A stretch of DNA of 64,000 nucleotides from an uncultured archaeon (GCA_964631415.1 CAZVZC010000001.1:4638-68637), one strand, 5' to 3'. Positions 1 through 9,236 are shown, numbered from the stretch's first letter. A program made the numbers and translations. The notes: generated from the letters alone by a model not told the origin.

Positions 1-413
1 CCGGACTGTCTGAGTACGCAGGCCTTCACAATGCAATCATCGCCGATGCCGAAGAAACTGCTGCGGAAAAGGCCGACCTTGAGGAACATGAGGCGCCTGA
101 AGCTGAGCCAGAAGTGAGCGGACCCGAGATGGAGCTGGTCAGCGCGAATGCCGAAACAAGGGACACAGGATTCACACTAAGAGTGGTAGTGCACCTTGGC
201 CAGGTGGACGCGGATGAGCCTCTGGCGGACGTCCCAGTGATTGAGCTTCCTCGGAAAACCATCAGGGAGCAGGCCGTAGCCTATGGAAGCATAGCCGAAG
301 AGGTGACTAGGGCACTTAGAGGTTGGAACACCAGCAATGAGGTCAAACAGGAGATCATTGATGAGGTCTGTAGAGTACTGAGAAGAGAAGGTGCTCGGAT
401 ATCAGAAGAATGA
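1..413 (+). CDS. Hypothetical protein, 5'-truncated by window edge (acidic linker and C-terminal domain)
   Basis: Frame of ORF 114..413 is open back to position 3 (GLSEYAGLHNAIIADAEETAAEK...); stop at 411-413. Confidence 0.7.
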   Translation, partial: GLSEYAGLHNAIIADAEETAAEKADLEEHEAPEAEPEVSGPEMELVSANAETRDTGFTLRVVVHLGQVDADEPLADVPVIELPRKTIREQAVAYGSIAEEVTRALRGWNTSNEVKQEIIDEVCRVLRREGARISEE

Positions 414-554
414 TGTGGCTCACTGGAGTGGAAGTGCACTTCTCCAGAACCTGAGATGTCGAGCCAAGAATGCACCTATCTAGTAGACTAGATGCTTCGG
501 ATGAGAGTGATGTTACGACACGCAAACAGGAGTCTGAAGGAGTCACCTGAGTAT

Positions 555-938
555 ATGACTGCCAGTAGAACAACAAAGCCCGAAAGTGTTGACGAGTATC
601 TCGCGGTGCTTCCAGAGGATAGACGAGCGTTTCTCGAAAAGCTTCGCGCGGTGATTAAGGCGGCTGCACCTGGGGTCACTGAAACCATCAGTTACAGGAT
701 GCCCACATACAAGTACCACGGGAAGCCACTAGTAGGCTTTGCAGCGTTCAAGAACCACGTCGGCTTCTATGTCTGGAGTTCGTCTTTTCTGAATGCTTAC
801 AGAGAGGAAATCAAAGATTACGAAACCTCTGCCGGCACTATCCGCTTCCCGGTTGACAAACCGCTCCCCGTGACTCTCGTAAGGAAGCTCGTCAAGGCGA
901 GAGTTGCCGAGATCGAGGAAAAGAGTAAACAAACGTAA
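555..938 (+). CDS. DUF1801/YdhG-like protein
   Basis: SVDEYL...LRAVIKAAAP...ETISYRMPTY...VGFAAFKNHVGFY...GTIRFP pattern; ATG at 555 is a more plausible start than 492. Confidence 0.85.
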   Translation: MTASRTTKPESVDEYLAVLPEDRRAFLEKLRAVIKAAAPGVTETISYRMPTYKYHGKPLVGFAAFKNHVGFYVWSSSFLNAYREEIKDYETSAGTIRFPVDKPLPVTLVRKLVKARVAEIEEKSKQT

Positions 939-966
939 GGAATATGGAATGTGAAAGACAAGTTCC

Positions 967-1133
967 ATGCAGAAAATCACCCCGCATCTGTGGTTCGTGG
1001 ATGTCAAGCACAGGATCAAGAGGTTCTACAGGAGATGGCCTCATAACGCGGGACTCTTGAGTGCTGAGCTGTGGGTCAAGTGTTTCGTCAGCTGCTATCA
1101 CCTCAAGCGAGTTTCTGGGGGCTTAAGTTGACA
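967..1133 (+). pseudogene. Chimeric remnant: VOC/PhnB-like N-terminus fused to an IS6-like transposase C-terminus and partial terminal repeat
   Basis: 54-codon frame 967..1131 reads MQKITPHLWF then VDVKHRIKRFYRRWPHNA...WVKCFVSCYH; CTTAAGTTGACA at 1122-1133. Confidence 0.45.
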
Positions 1134-1196
1134 TACACGAAATTCCTCTAAGAGCCTTTAAGAACCACCTAGAGATAGATAGTTGTGTGATGGCAG

Positions 1197-1985
1197 TTGG
1201 AGAAGCCAATTCCAGTCGTATTCGGGAGCAGAGGTGCGAAAATCCAAGGGCTCTTCTACAAAGCCTCTGGAGTTGGACCATTGCCAGCAGCTATTCTATG
1301 TAATGGGTTTCCTGGAAACAACGCAGACGTGCTTGGACTTGGCGAGAGATTGATGAATGAAGGGTTTAGCGCCCTTGCCTTCAACTATCGTGGCACATGG
1401 GGAAGCGAGGGACCTCTTACAATCGCGAACTCGCTAGAGGATGTAGTTTCGACTATACGCTATATGAAATCCAGTCTTGCTGTTCGAGAGTTTGATGTTG
1501 ACTCCTCGAGTATTGCAGTTATAGGGTATAGTTATGGTGGCGGCATGGCTTTGTTGGGTTCGTTGAATGACCCCGCCGTACGGAGAGTGGTCTACATTGC
1601 TGGAGGTAACCTCAGCGAAGTCGGAAGGATGATGCAACAGAGTGATGATTTCAGGCGAGCGGTCTTGAAGATGGTGGACCAAGGAATATCCGATTCAGGT
1701 TTTAGAGGTTCGAAAGCTGAAGAGTTGTTTGCTGAAATATTTGAAGACATGGACAAATACGATGTGGTCAAGCAAGCTGAAGCACTATCTTACAAGGATA
1801 TCCTGATAATCGGTGGGTGGCGTGACCAAGAGAACACCATAGAACATCACATATTGCCTCTCTTCAGAGCGTTGCAGAGGCATGGAGCCAAGCAAGCGCG
1901 AATTGAAATCTTTGACACAGACCATTCATTTACCAACGTCAGGAGTCAGTTGGCAGACAGAATAGTGTCTTGGCTGAAAAGGTGA
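1197..1985 (+). CDS. Alpha/beta hydrolase
   Basis: NGFPG, FNYRGTWGSEG, nucleophile elbow GYSYGG, C-terminal DHSF; TTG start. Confidence 0.85.
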   Translation: MEKPIPVVFGSRGAKIQGLFYKASGVGPLPAAILCNGFPGNNADVLGLGERLMNEGFSALAFNYRGTWGSEGPLTIANSLEDVVSTIRYMKSSLAVREFDVDSSSIAVIGYSYGGGMALLGSLNDPAVRRVVYIAGGNLSEVGRMMQQSDDFRRAVLKMVDQGISDSGFRGSKAEELFAEIFEDMDKYDVVKQAEALSYKDILIIGGWRDQENTIEHHILPLFRALQRHGAKQARIEIFDTDHSFTNVRSQLADRIVSWLKR

Positions 1986-2074
1986 ATCTTATCCAACCTA
2001 CCGAAACTACGGTTGACAAGCAGTTTTGATTTTGCGGAAGAGCTACAGCTGAGCAATTGGACGAGGCTGAGCCT

Positions 2075-2167
2075 CTAATCTGGTATGCTTACCGAGAACT
2101 CACCCCCAGTCTGGATAATCAAGACTCCTGCATCAAGCACAATCACTGCGTCGTCTTCCTCTCTCAT
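2075..2167 (-). pseudogene. Truncated PIN-domain (VapC-like) toxin remnant
   Basis: MREEDDAVIVLDAGVLIIQTGGEFSVSIPD* overlaps the antitoxin 3' end; IVLDAGVLI resembles the first PIN strand with its Asp; stops after 30 aa. Confidence 0.55.
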
Positions 2168-2396
2168 CCAAGTGCCTCTCCATCGTCAGATCCGAATAGA
2201 GAGTGTCGAAGTCCACTCCAGCGATAGGAGAAGCAAAACGCCTCCATGCTTTCAGGTCAGTCTTCTTCCAGTACGCCTCGATTAAGAAGCGAACCACGGT
2301 ATCGAAGTTCACTTTTTCACGCGTTCTCTTCTGAATCTCACCTGCAATCCTGAGGAGTTCCTTCCTCGTGTCTTCCTTTATCGAGATGGTCGTCAT
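2133..2396 (-). CDS. VapB-like antitoxin (ribbon-helix-helix-like N-terminus)
   Basis: MTTISIKEDTRKELLRIAGEIQ...VNFDTVVRFLI; directly upstream of a PIN-like start. Confidence 0.7.
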   Translation of the reverse strand: MTTISIKEDTRKELLRIAGEIQKRTREKVNFDTVVRFLIEAYWKKTDLKAWRRFASPIAGVDFDTLYSDLTMERHLDERGRRRSDCA

Positions 2397-2510
2397 AGAC
2401 CCTCGCATGGTGATGCTATGTCTACTGTAATGAACACAGCGACGGCGCATAAGGAGTCCAAAAGGGCGCTTCCCGCCATTAGCAGAGGAATGAACTAGGC
2501 ATCACAATAG

Positions 2511-2823
2511 GTGCAGCGGCTCCTTTGGTTTCGCATGTCCTTTCCCCAACGATCCTCGGAGTTCTTCTCGGAGCGGCTTCCTCTGGGGCTCCACCACTCT
2601 TCCTAAGAGCTGCTCCATCCCTGGCCTGACCCGGTTCGGAAGTCTAAACGCACTGGCAGCAGTCCTACAACTGCCACTGGCGCCGTGACAGACTCCAGAG
2701 ACCACTCGTCATTGTCCTTCAGCGATTCTCATTAGGGTCGGGTTTCACGCTCTGCCGGGTTGCTGGTGCCACTATTGCCATGTGGTCGCGCTCGCGGCAA
2801 ACGAGTCACCCTACCCGCTGCAC
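2511..2823 (-). ncRNA. ffs: Archaeal SRP (7S) RNA
   Basis: Helix 1 GTGCAGCGG/CCGCTGCAC closes 313 nt; helix 6 with GTAG (GNAR) loop; helix 8 CCGGGTCAGG-CCA-GGGA-TGG-AGCAG; complementary Alu loops TTGCC/GGCAA. Confidence 0.93.
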
Positions 2824-2928
2824 TTCATCATCTTGGGCAGAGTCAAATTAAGGCTTCCGAAGCCCCCCATCAGTTGATACCCGCTTGGATTCTTCAGAAG
2901 AATGAAACAGAGTTCCAATCATGATATG

Positions 2929-4725
2929 TCAAACAAAGCCGCCACTTGCCCTCTTGATCTGGACTATCTCCTCAAGTACATCGATCTCCTGCTGAGATAG
3001 GTCCCCAGAGAACTTCGTTCGAGCGGCAATGATGTGCTTGTCAGGCATATCCACATAGAGCACCTCATTCTCCTTGATCTGACGTCCTACAGTGGGTCCC
3101 CTGATTGACACTGCGACCTCCATGCCTTCCGTGGCCTCGTCAATGTTAACGTTTCGATCCTGTATTTGAAGAATGGAACCCACACGCTTACCCGTGGAGC
3201 TAATCAGACCCAGTTTTGGTTTGATCATGCCATGGACCCTGACCCCAACGACAGCAGGATTGCTGCGTCTGAAGATGTACTCAGGCAGAATCTCTATCTT
3301 GCCAGGCCGCACTATTGAGCCAAGAGACTCCGCCTTGGCCTGTTCTCTCTTGACGATGAGCCATGCGTTGTACTCATCGAATAGACGATATATGACATCA
3401 CTCTGGAATATCTCTATGCCAAATTCAGCAGCCAAGTCTGGAATCTCCGGTGCCGCTTTGACATTGAACCCGAGTACGACAGCATTCAGAGGATCTGTGT
3501 CTCCGGCCGCTCTTGCCTCGAGCACGTCACGCTTGACTATCGGACCGACATCGGCCATCCTAACAGGTACCTTGTGGTCCTGTAGGTACTGCGTCACAGC
3601 CTCCAGTGACCCTAATGTGTCTGCTTTGAGTATTATGCCCGAGGAGTCTCTCTGAATGCGTATGGACTTGATCTCTTCACGAATCTTCTGTTTGATAGAC
3701 TCTAGGTTCTCTGGTCTGTCCACGGCATAGAGTGGGGCTCCAGCTGAGGCTCCAGAGATGTCTGGTGCTACTATCTTGACACCTGCCGCAGCATCCACCT
3801 CGGAAACACTGGTGAACTTCTCCCTTGGGTCTCGAATCTCATCGAGTGGTTTTGGCAACAAGAGAGCTCTCACTTTGGCAACAATCACGTCGTCCAAACC
3901 ACCCACCACGATGGTGTCCGTCTTCTTGAGCGTGCCCTCGTAGACTATGGTGTCTAATGTCAAGCCAAGGCCCGTTTCCTCTCTGACCTCTAAGACAGTT
4001 CCCTTCGCAGGACCAGAAACGACGTTCAGTCTTTCCTTCATGTACCTCTGTGTGAGACCGGCTAGAACCATTAGCAGTTCAGGAATCCCCTCCCCGGTCT
4101 TGGCGCTGGTCGGCACGATTGTGACCGTCCGAGCGAAGTCTGTCACTCGGTCGAAACGCTCTGAGTCTATACCATTTGCTGAGAGAGCTCCTACAATGTC
4201 ATAGAGTCGCTTGTCTACCTCACTCTTGGTCGCAGAGTTCTGGGCCTTCATTGCCTCAACGAGAGTCATGCCCGACTTGGTCATCCAACCGGGAATCTTG
4301 TCCAGCTTGTTTGCCGCCACAACAAAAGGAGTCCGTCCCGATCGAAGTATCTTGAGCGACTCATAGGTCTGCGATAGTGCTCCCTCGGTGATGTCGATGA
4401 CCAGTATCGCAATGTCTGCGACAGCTCCTCCTCTTCTTCTGAGGTTCAGATACGCCTCATGCCCGGGCGTGTCAATGAACAATAGCCCTCCAATGGAGAG
4501 ATCCGTCTTTGTGCTCTTCAGGAGGTTTCCGCATATTGAAACGATTGTTTCGGTCGGAAAGAACGAGGCGCCGATATGCTGGGTCATTCCTCCGGTTTCT
4601 CGTTCTTGCACAGCAGTGCCGCGCATCTTGTCGAGCAGAGATGTCTTGCCGTGGTCTATATGACCTAGGACTGTGACGATTGGGGAGCGTAGCTTGGTTT
4701 TTCCCCCTGTATCGGACTGCGTCAT
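2929..4725 (-). CDS. infB: Translation initiation factor aIF5B (IF2)
   Basis: LRSPIVTVLGHIDHGKT, DTPGHE, NKLD, KADTLGSLEA; start trimmed to MTQSD. Confidence 0.97.
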   Translation of the reverse strand: MTQSDTGGKTKLRSPIVTVLGHIDHGKTSLLDKMRGTAVQERETGGMTQHIGASFFPTETIVSICGNLLKSTKTDLSIGGLLFIDTPGHEAYLNLRRRGGAVADIAILVIDITEGALSQTYESLKILRSGRTPFVVAANKLDKIPGWMTKSGMTLVEAMKAQNSATKSEVDKRLYDIVGALSANGIDSERFDRVTDFARTVTIVPTSAKTGEGIPELLMVLAGLTQRYMKERLNVVSGPAKGTVLEVREETGLGLTLDTIVYEGTLKKTDTIVVGGLDDVIVAKVRALLLPKPLDEIRDPREKFTSVSEVDAAAGVKIVAPDISGASAGAPLYAVDRPENLESIKQKIREEIKSIRIQRDSSGIILKADTLGSLEAVTQYLQDHKVPVRMADVGPIVKRDVLEARAAGDTDPLNAVVLGFNVKAAPEIPDLAAEFGIEIFQSDVIYRLFDEYNAWLIVKREQAKAESLGSIVRPGKIEILPEYIFRRSNPAVVGVRVHGMIKPKLGLISSTGKRVGSILQIQDRNVNIDEATEGMEVAVSIRGPTVGRQIKENEVLYVDMPDKHIIAARTKFSGDLSQQEIDVLEEIVQIKRASGGFV

Positions 4726-4909
4726 CGACGACACCTCATAAGACGGCGCTGGGCGGACACCCATGGGTACTTTATGAAAGTGTCGTTCAGTATTAAGACC
4801 CCGACATGCTGACACCGCATGTGTGGTCACAAGCCTAAAATAACGGGCCCTTGCCAGAAGCGGCACGGAGAACAGTCACGTTTCTCATGTCCTAGCCATT
4901 ACAGGACTG

Positions 4910-5581
4910 GTGCAAGAGTTGGAACGGTCGCTAGTAGTGATCAAGCCCGATGGTGCAATACGGAGAAGAGTGGGTGCTTTAGTGGTTGATGCGCTTCTGG
5001 CAAGAGGCTACAGAATCAGAGCGTTCAAGGAAATGAAAGTCAATAAGTCCCTTGCAAGGAAGCACTATGCAGTCCACGAGGGGAAGCCTTTCTTTCCTTG
5101 GCTTGTTGACTTCATATCATCTGCTCGAGTTCTTGCAATGGTCTTTGAGGGAGAGAAAGCAATTCAAGGGATTCGTGATGCGCTTGGCGCCACGTTTGTT
5201 CAGAAGGCCGCACCTGACTCACTTCGAGGCCGCTATGGCATATGGGCTGGCATCAACATCGCACATGCGTCTGATGCTCCTGAAACCGCGGCCACAGAAA
5301 TTGCTTTGTGGACGAAGGAAGGCGGCCTGAGAGAGTCTGATACTGCAGAGAAGGAAGCGAGGGCTTACATTACGAAGTACAGGTCAGGCGACGCGGACTA
5401 CACGGCCCAGATCAGAAATCTGGTGAGGACATCAATCGAACAGAAGCATCTAACTTCAGATGTGCTTGCATCATTGGAGAAGCTGCTTGCAGAGGACTCA
5501 GCTGGAGTCAGTCGAGGTGAAATCAGAGCACTTGCACGCGCGATTGGCGACTTCATAAGGGAGGAGATTGGAAAGGCATAG
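4910..5581 (+). CDS. ndk: Nucleoside diphosphate kinase with about 90-aa C-terminal extension
   Basis: ERSLVVIKPDG, HYAVHEGKPFF, SLRGRYG, catalytic NIAHASD. Confidence 0.92.
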   Translation: MQELERSLVVIKPDGAIRRRVGALVVDALLARGYRIRAFKEMKVNKSLARKHYAVHEGKPFFPWLVDFISSARVLAMVFEGEKAIQGIRDALGATFVQKAAPDSLRGRYGIWAGINIAHASDAPETAATEIALWTKEGGLRESDTAEKEARAYITKYRSGDADYTAQIRNLVRTSIEQKHLTSDVLASLEKLLAEDSAGVSRGEIRALARAIGDFIREEIGKA

Positions 5582-5634
5582 ACCGAATGGCAAGGCCATT
5601 CCAATCGTTTCGAACAGCCTCGACAACTGACGGT

Positions 5635-5835
5635 CTATTTCTTGACCTTTCCACCTTTCTCATAGCTCAGGGTCCACTTTGTGTCCCTAGGCTTCATGTG
5701 TCTCTTCAGTCGGCAGACCTTGCACTTGTTGGAGCAGAACCAGAGCACACTCCCATCCTTGGTCTGGACAAAGGCCATACCCGTACCAGGCTCAATGTCC
5801 TTGCCGCAGAAGACACATTTCTGGATACCGACCAA
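5635..5835 (-). CDS. rpl24e: 50S ribosomal protein eL24
   Basis: CVFCGKDIEPGTG...FCSNKC...KPRDTKWT. Confidence 0.96.
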   Translation of the reverse strand: MVGIQKCVFCGKDIEPGTGMAFVQTKDGSVLWFCSNKCKVCRLKRHMKPRDTKWTLSYEKGGKVKK

Positions 5836-5837
5836 GC

Positions 5838-6059
5838 TCAGCGCCTCCTCATCTTTCGGGCTTCACGTTCAGTTTCCCGTAGGATGAGTACGTCCCCCAT
5901 CCTCACCGGACCCTTAACATTCCTTGTGAGGACTCGTCCCTTGTCCCGGCCTTCCGTTATCTTCACACGGACTTGGGTTATCTCACCGGTGACACCAGTC
6001 CTACCCAACAACTGAATCACTTCAGCCGGAATCGCAAGAGCTTCTTCTTCTTTGCTCAT
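5838..6059 (-). CDS. rps28e: 30S ribosomal protein eS28
   Basis: [16 protein letters not shown]...[11 protein letters not shown]...ETEREAR. Confidence 0.97.
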   Translation of the reverse strand: MSKEEEALAIPAEVIQLLGRTGVTGEITQVRVKITEGRDKGRVLTRNVKGPVRMGDVLILRETEREARKMRRR

Positions 6060-6080
6060 ACGGAAACATCACCTGGGGTC

Positions 6081-6452
6081 CTACTTTCGCAGAGCTGTGA
6101 TCTTGTCCACTATGTCTGTGATTAGGTCCTTTGCCTTTCCCTCAACAACAATCGCCACAGCCGCAGTGGGTCGCTCTATACCTGCAGCATTCCCGAGGTC
6201 TTTCTTGCTCTTCACAAAAATATAGGGCGCCTTCTTGTCATCGCAGAGACCGGGCAGGTACATTATCACCTCGGGTGGTTCAACATCTTCGGCTACCAGC
6301 ACCAGACGCGCTATGCCGCGTTCAATCGACTTGGTGGCCTCATTGATACCCTTCTTGATTCGGCCTGTGTCCTTCGCCATTTCTACGGCCTCTAGGGCCT
6401 TCTTCTGAAGTTCCTCGGTAGCTTCCCACTCGACAAAACTGGGTTTTGGCAT
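6081..6452 (-). CDS. rpl7ae: 50S ribosomal protein L7Ae (eL8)
   Basis: IKKGINEATKSIERG...AEDVEPPE...SKKDLGNAAG. Confidence 0.97.
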   Translation of the reverse strand: MPKPSFVEWEATEELQKKALEAVEMAKDTGRIKKGINEATKSIERGIARLVLVAEDVEPPEVIMYLPGLCDDKKAPYIFVKSKKDLGNAAGIERPTAAVAIVVEGKAKDLITDIVDKITALRK

Positions 6453-6458
6453 TCATCA

Positions 6459-6483
6459 TACCTCTGTTCGCACTTCATTGGTA
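6459..6483 (-). promoter_or_regulatory. K-turn/K-loop overlapping the rpl7ae Shine-Dalgarno (L7Ae autoregulatory site)
   Basis: TACC-AAT-GA-agtgcgaaca-GA-GGTA: C-stem, 3-nt bulge and tandem GA; contains GAGGT 7 nt before ATG. Confidence 0.7.
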
Positions 6484-6545
6484 ATGCATACGGGCAATGG
6501 GTCGCCCGTTTGCCGGGATATTCTCGTCGCCCTCGTGACGACCTC

Positions 6546-6553
6546 TTTTAAAA
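6546..6553 (-). promoter_or_regulatory. TATA box of the rpl7ae-rps28e-rpl24e operon
   Basis: TTTTAAAA about 95 nt upstream of rpl7ae ATG, ahead of a structured leader. Confidence 0.5.
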
Positions 6554-6582
6554 CTGTCGAAGCAGTTCAACGCCCGGAGTAT

Positions 6583-7563
6583 CTAGTATAGAGTGGCAAT
6601 GGTTTCAGAGAGCCGACTATCGTCGATGCCTCTGAGAACCGAGTATCTCTTCCTCTTCTCCATGATTTCTAAGGCATGATGAATATCATCAATAAACACA
6701 TCAGCGGCAAGTTTCATTTCCGTCAACGAGGCCGGCAACCCCCTTTTTCGCATTATGCGGAGAAGATCGTCAGCCCTGTGTTTCGTATGGCCCGCTTGGT
6801 CCAGATAATAGAGACATAATGGTGTCGCAAAGGCGACCTGAAGTCCATGTAGCTCCTGACTGTGCCTGTCCATCGCATGGGAGATTGCATGTTCTGTCCC
6901 TGAGCACGGTCTTGAGCTGCCGACCATGCACATTGCCCTGCCTGCATCTATCTCTGCCTTGACCAAGACCTCCAGACTATCATTTCTCATGACAGATGCA
7001 AGTGCGGACTCAACAACACGGTAGGCGGACTCATCAAAATACTCACCGTTATTCTCTTTGCCAAGCCTCCACTCTGCCAAGCTCGATGATTTGCAAAGGA
7101 CGTCGCCGGTGCCAGCCAGTTTGAGTCTGGGGGGAGCCCTTGACATGATAGACAGGTCGGCGACGACTGCAATTGGTCTCTTGCACTTTCTTGAGTACTT
7201 GTAGCCGTCCTGACTCACTGATGCGACATCGCTGGCGATGCCATCATGAGATGCGGCGGTCGGGATTGACACCCAGTCGCATCGTAGCTCAACAGCCAGC
7301 AACTTGGCTATGTCAAGGCTTCGTCCTCCTCCGAACCCAAGGATTACGTCGCCTTCATCTTGAGCAAACGCCCCGTCTTGGTAGTCTGATGCCATCAGCC
7401 ATGTCAGACCGCACTTGACGACTCCCTCTAACCGAGCGCCGTATTCCCCACGGATTATCTCGTCTGAAACACAAACCACATGCCGATATGGATCTAGGAT
7501 GCTGTCCAGCCTGTCCAGTGCGTTCTTGGCAACTATGACTGTGGCGGGACAAATGGATGCCAT
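6583..7563 (-). CDS. egsA: sn-glycerol-1-phosphate dehydrogenase
   Basis: GFGGGRSLDIAK, PTAASHDGIAS, SSRPCSGTEHAISHA, HGLQV. Confidence 0.88.
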   Translation of the reverse strand: MASICPATVIVAKNALDRLDSILDPYRHVVCVSDEIIRGEYGARLEGVVKCGLTWLMASDYQDGAFAQDEGDVILGFGGGRSLDIAKLLAVELRCDWVSIPTAASHDGIASDVASVSQDGYKYSRKCKRPIAVVADLSIMSRAPPRLKLAGTGDVLCKSSSLAEWRLGKENNGEYFDESAYRVVESALASVMRNDSLEVLVKAEIDAGRAMCMVGSSRPCSGTEHAISHAMDRHSQELHGLQVAFATPLCLYYLDQAGHTKHRADDLLRIMRKRGLPASLTEMKLAADVFIDDIHHALEIMEKRKRYSVLRGIDDSRLSETIATLY

Positions 7564-7759
7564 CCTGTCAGCTCCCCCCAACGGTTCCCTTTCATGCTGT
7601 TAAGCGCTTCTGTTCAGCACGCTCGTCACGGAAGGGGTCCTTCCACTCGCTTTAAGAGTCTGGCCGGTCCGTTTCGCCGTCCAAGTGTTACTTGAGTAAC
7701 ACGACGTCTGATATGTCCGCCGGCTGCTTGGAACCCAAGACGAATTGGAGTCACGTCGC

Positions 7760-8257
7760 ATGACCGAGTATGTCAAGGTCGCCCTTATGGGCTCTGGATA
7801 CGCCGGCAAGTCCACTTTGATCAAGCTGCTCACAGACAGGGCAGCAAGACTAGACTCCAACTATGTGCCCACTGCAGGAATGGACTGTGGCACCATTACT
7901 CTAGATAGTACCACCAAAGTGTCGCTTGTTGAGATGGGTGGCCAGTCTCACTTCGAGTTCTTGTGGCCTGATCTATTGAAGGGCAGTAAGATGGTCGTCG
8001 TGGTCACCGAGAGCACACCCAAAGCAGTGCTAAAGACACGTCAGCTTCTTGAGAAGTACAGGGAACAGCTAGTGGGTCTTCAAGTCATTGCGATAGCCAA
8101 CAAACAGGACGTATCTGGTGCGATGAGACCGGAGTCCGTACAAGACCTGCTTGGAGTCCCAACGTACGGCATGGTTGCGATTGACCCGAAGCAGAGGGTC
8201 AACGGCTACAGAGTGATAGTCAATGGGCTCAGACAGATGTGTCATGTGGCCGCATAG
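7760..8257 (+). CDS. Small Ras-superfamily (Arf-like) GTPase
   Basis: G1 GSGYAGKS, G2 YVPTAG, G3 EMGGQ, G4 NKQD, G5 GMVA. Confidence 0.85.
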   Translation: MTEYVKVALMGSGYAGKSTLIKLLTDRAARLDSNYVPTAGMDCGTITLDSTTKVSLVEMGGQSHFEFLWPDLLKGSKMVVVVTESTPKAVLKTRQLLEKYREQLVGLQVIAIANKQDVSGAMRPESVQDLLGVPTYGMVAIDPKQRVNGYRVIVNGLRQMCHVAA

Positions 8258-8424
8258 TCACGAGCCTGAGAGTCTTAGAGCAACACTTTTATGGATGACA
8301 CATCCCCGCTCAACCACCCAGGGCACGGGCGAGTGAGCTCAAGGGCCATCTGGTCTTTTGGCGAGTCCGTCCGGGCACGAGTATCTTTTGGGTAGGCCGA
8401 ACACCTCCGCGTTCAGGTGAGAAG

Positions 8425-9225
8425 ATGGAGATCACAATCATCCACAGAGAAAGTGACACAATTCACTTCCTAGTAGAGGGTGCAGATGTTGCGTTCGCCA
8501 ACGCTCTTCGACGGACCATGCTCACGCGGCTGCCAGCAATGGCCATAGACGAGGTGCTCGTACTTGAGAACACAAGCGTGATGTACGACGAGATTCTGGC
8601 ACACCGGCTTGGACTGGTTCCCTTGGTGACCAAACTCGACGACTATAACCTTCCTCAGGAGTGCGATTGTGAGGGGAAGGGCTGCAGTCTTTGCCAGTGT
8701 ACTCTCACCCTTGAGAAGGAGGCCGCTGACCAAGAGATAGTGGTGTACTCGAAAGACCTGCAGTCTCAGGACCCGAAGATAGTCCCGGCTTCAGGAGAAA
8801 TTCCGTTGGTGAAGTTGGCGCCGCACCAGAGGTTGATTGTTGAAGCGTACGCTCGTCTTGGGACTGGTACTGAGAACGCCAAGTTTCAGCCAGTTGCCAC
8901 TGTGGCTTACAAGTACGTACCAGTTGTGAGCGTGGATAAGGCAAAATGCGACCGGTGTGGTGCATGCGTTGAGGTCTGCCCGAAGAAGATTCTGAAACTG
9001 GATGGCGACAAGGTTTCTACGCAGAACACGTTGGACTGCAGTATGTGTGAGTCCTGTGTCCAGGAGTGTGAATCTGGCGCTATCACAATCGATTCAAAGA
9101 AGGACAGCTTCCTGTTCAAGGTGGAGTCCTCAGGAGCACTGCCGCCAGATGAGATTGTCGAGAGAGCAGCTGACCTTCTGAAAGAACGGATTCGTGTGGC
9201 CCTTGACTTTGCGAACTCACTGTGA
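8425..9225 (+). CDS. rpoD: RNA polymerase subunit Rpo3 (D) with ferredoxin-like insert
   Basis: FANALRR, ENTSVMYDEILAHRLGLVP; two CxxCxxCxxxC motifs; CDCEGKGCSLC. Confidence 0.96.
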   Translation: MEITIIHRESDTIHFLVEGADVAFANALRRTMLTRLPAMAIDEVLVLENTSVMYDEILAHRLGLVPLVTKLDDYNLPQECDCEGKGCSLCQCTLTLEKEAADQEIVVYSKDLQSQDPKIVPASGEIPLVKLAPHQRLIVEAYARLGTGTENAKFQPVATVAYKYVPVVSVDKAKCDRCGACVEVCPKKILKLDGDKVSTQNTLDCSMCESCVQECESGAITIDSKKDSFLFKVESSGALPPDEIVERAADLLKERIRVALDFANSL

Positions 9226-9236
9226 GGTGGTTAAGA

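Noticed and set aside
409-455. ATGATG...CTGA with palindrome GAAGTGCACTTC (431-442); possible C/D box sRNA
   Set aside because: C box imperfect, no D'/C' pair or target found; more simply a 3' hairpin or operator, and unsupported
2502-2705. 67-aa ORF on the minus strand
   Set aside because: Lies within the SRP RNA gene
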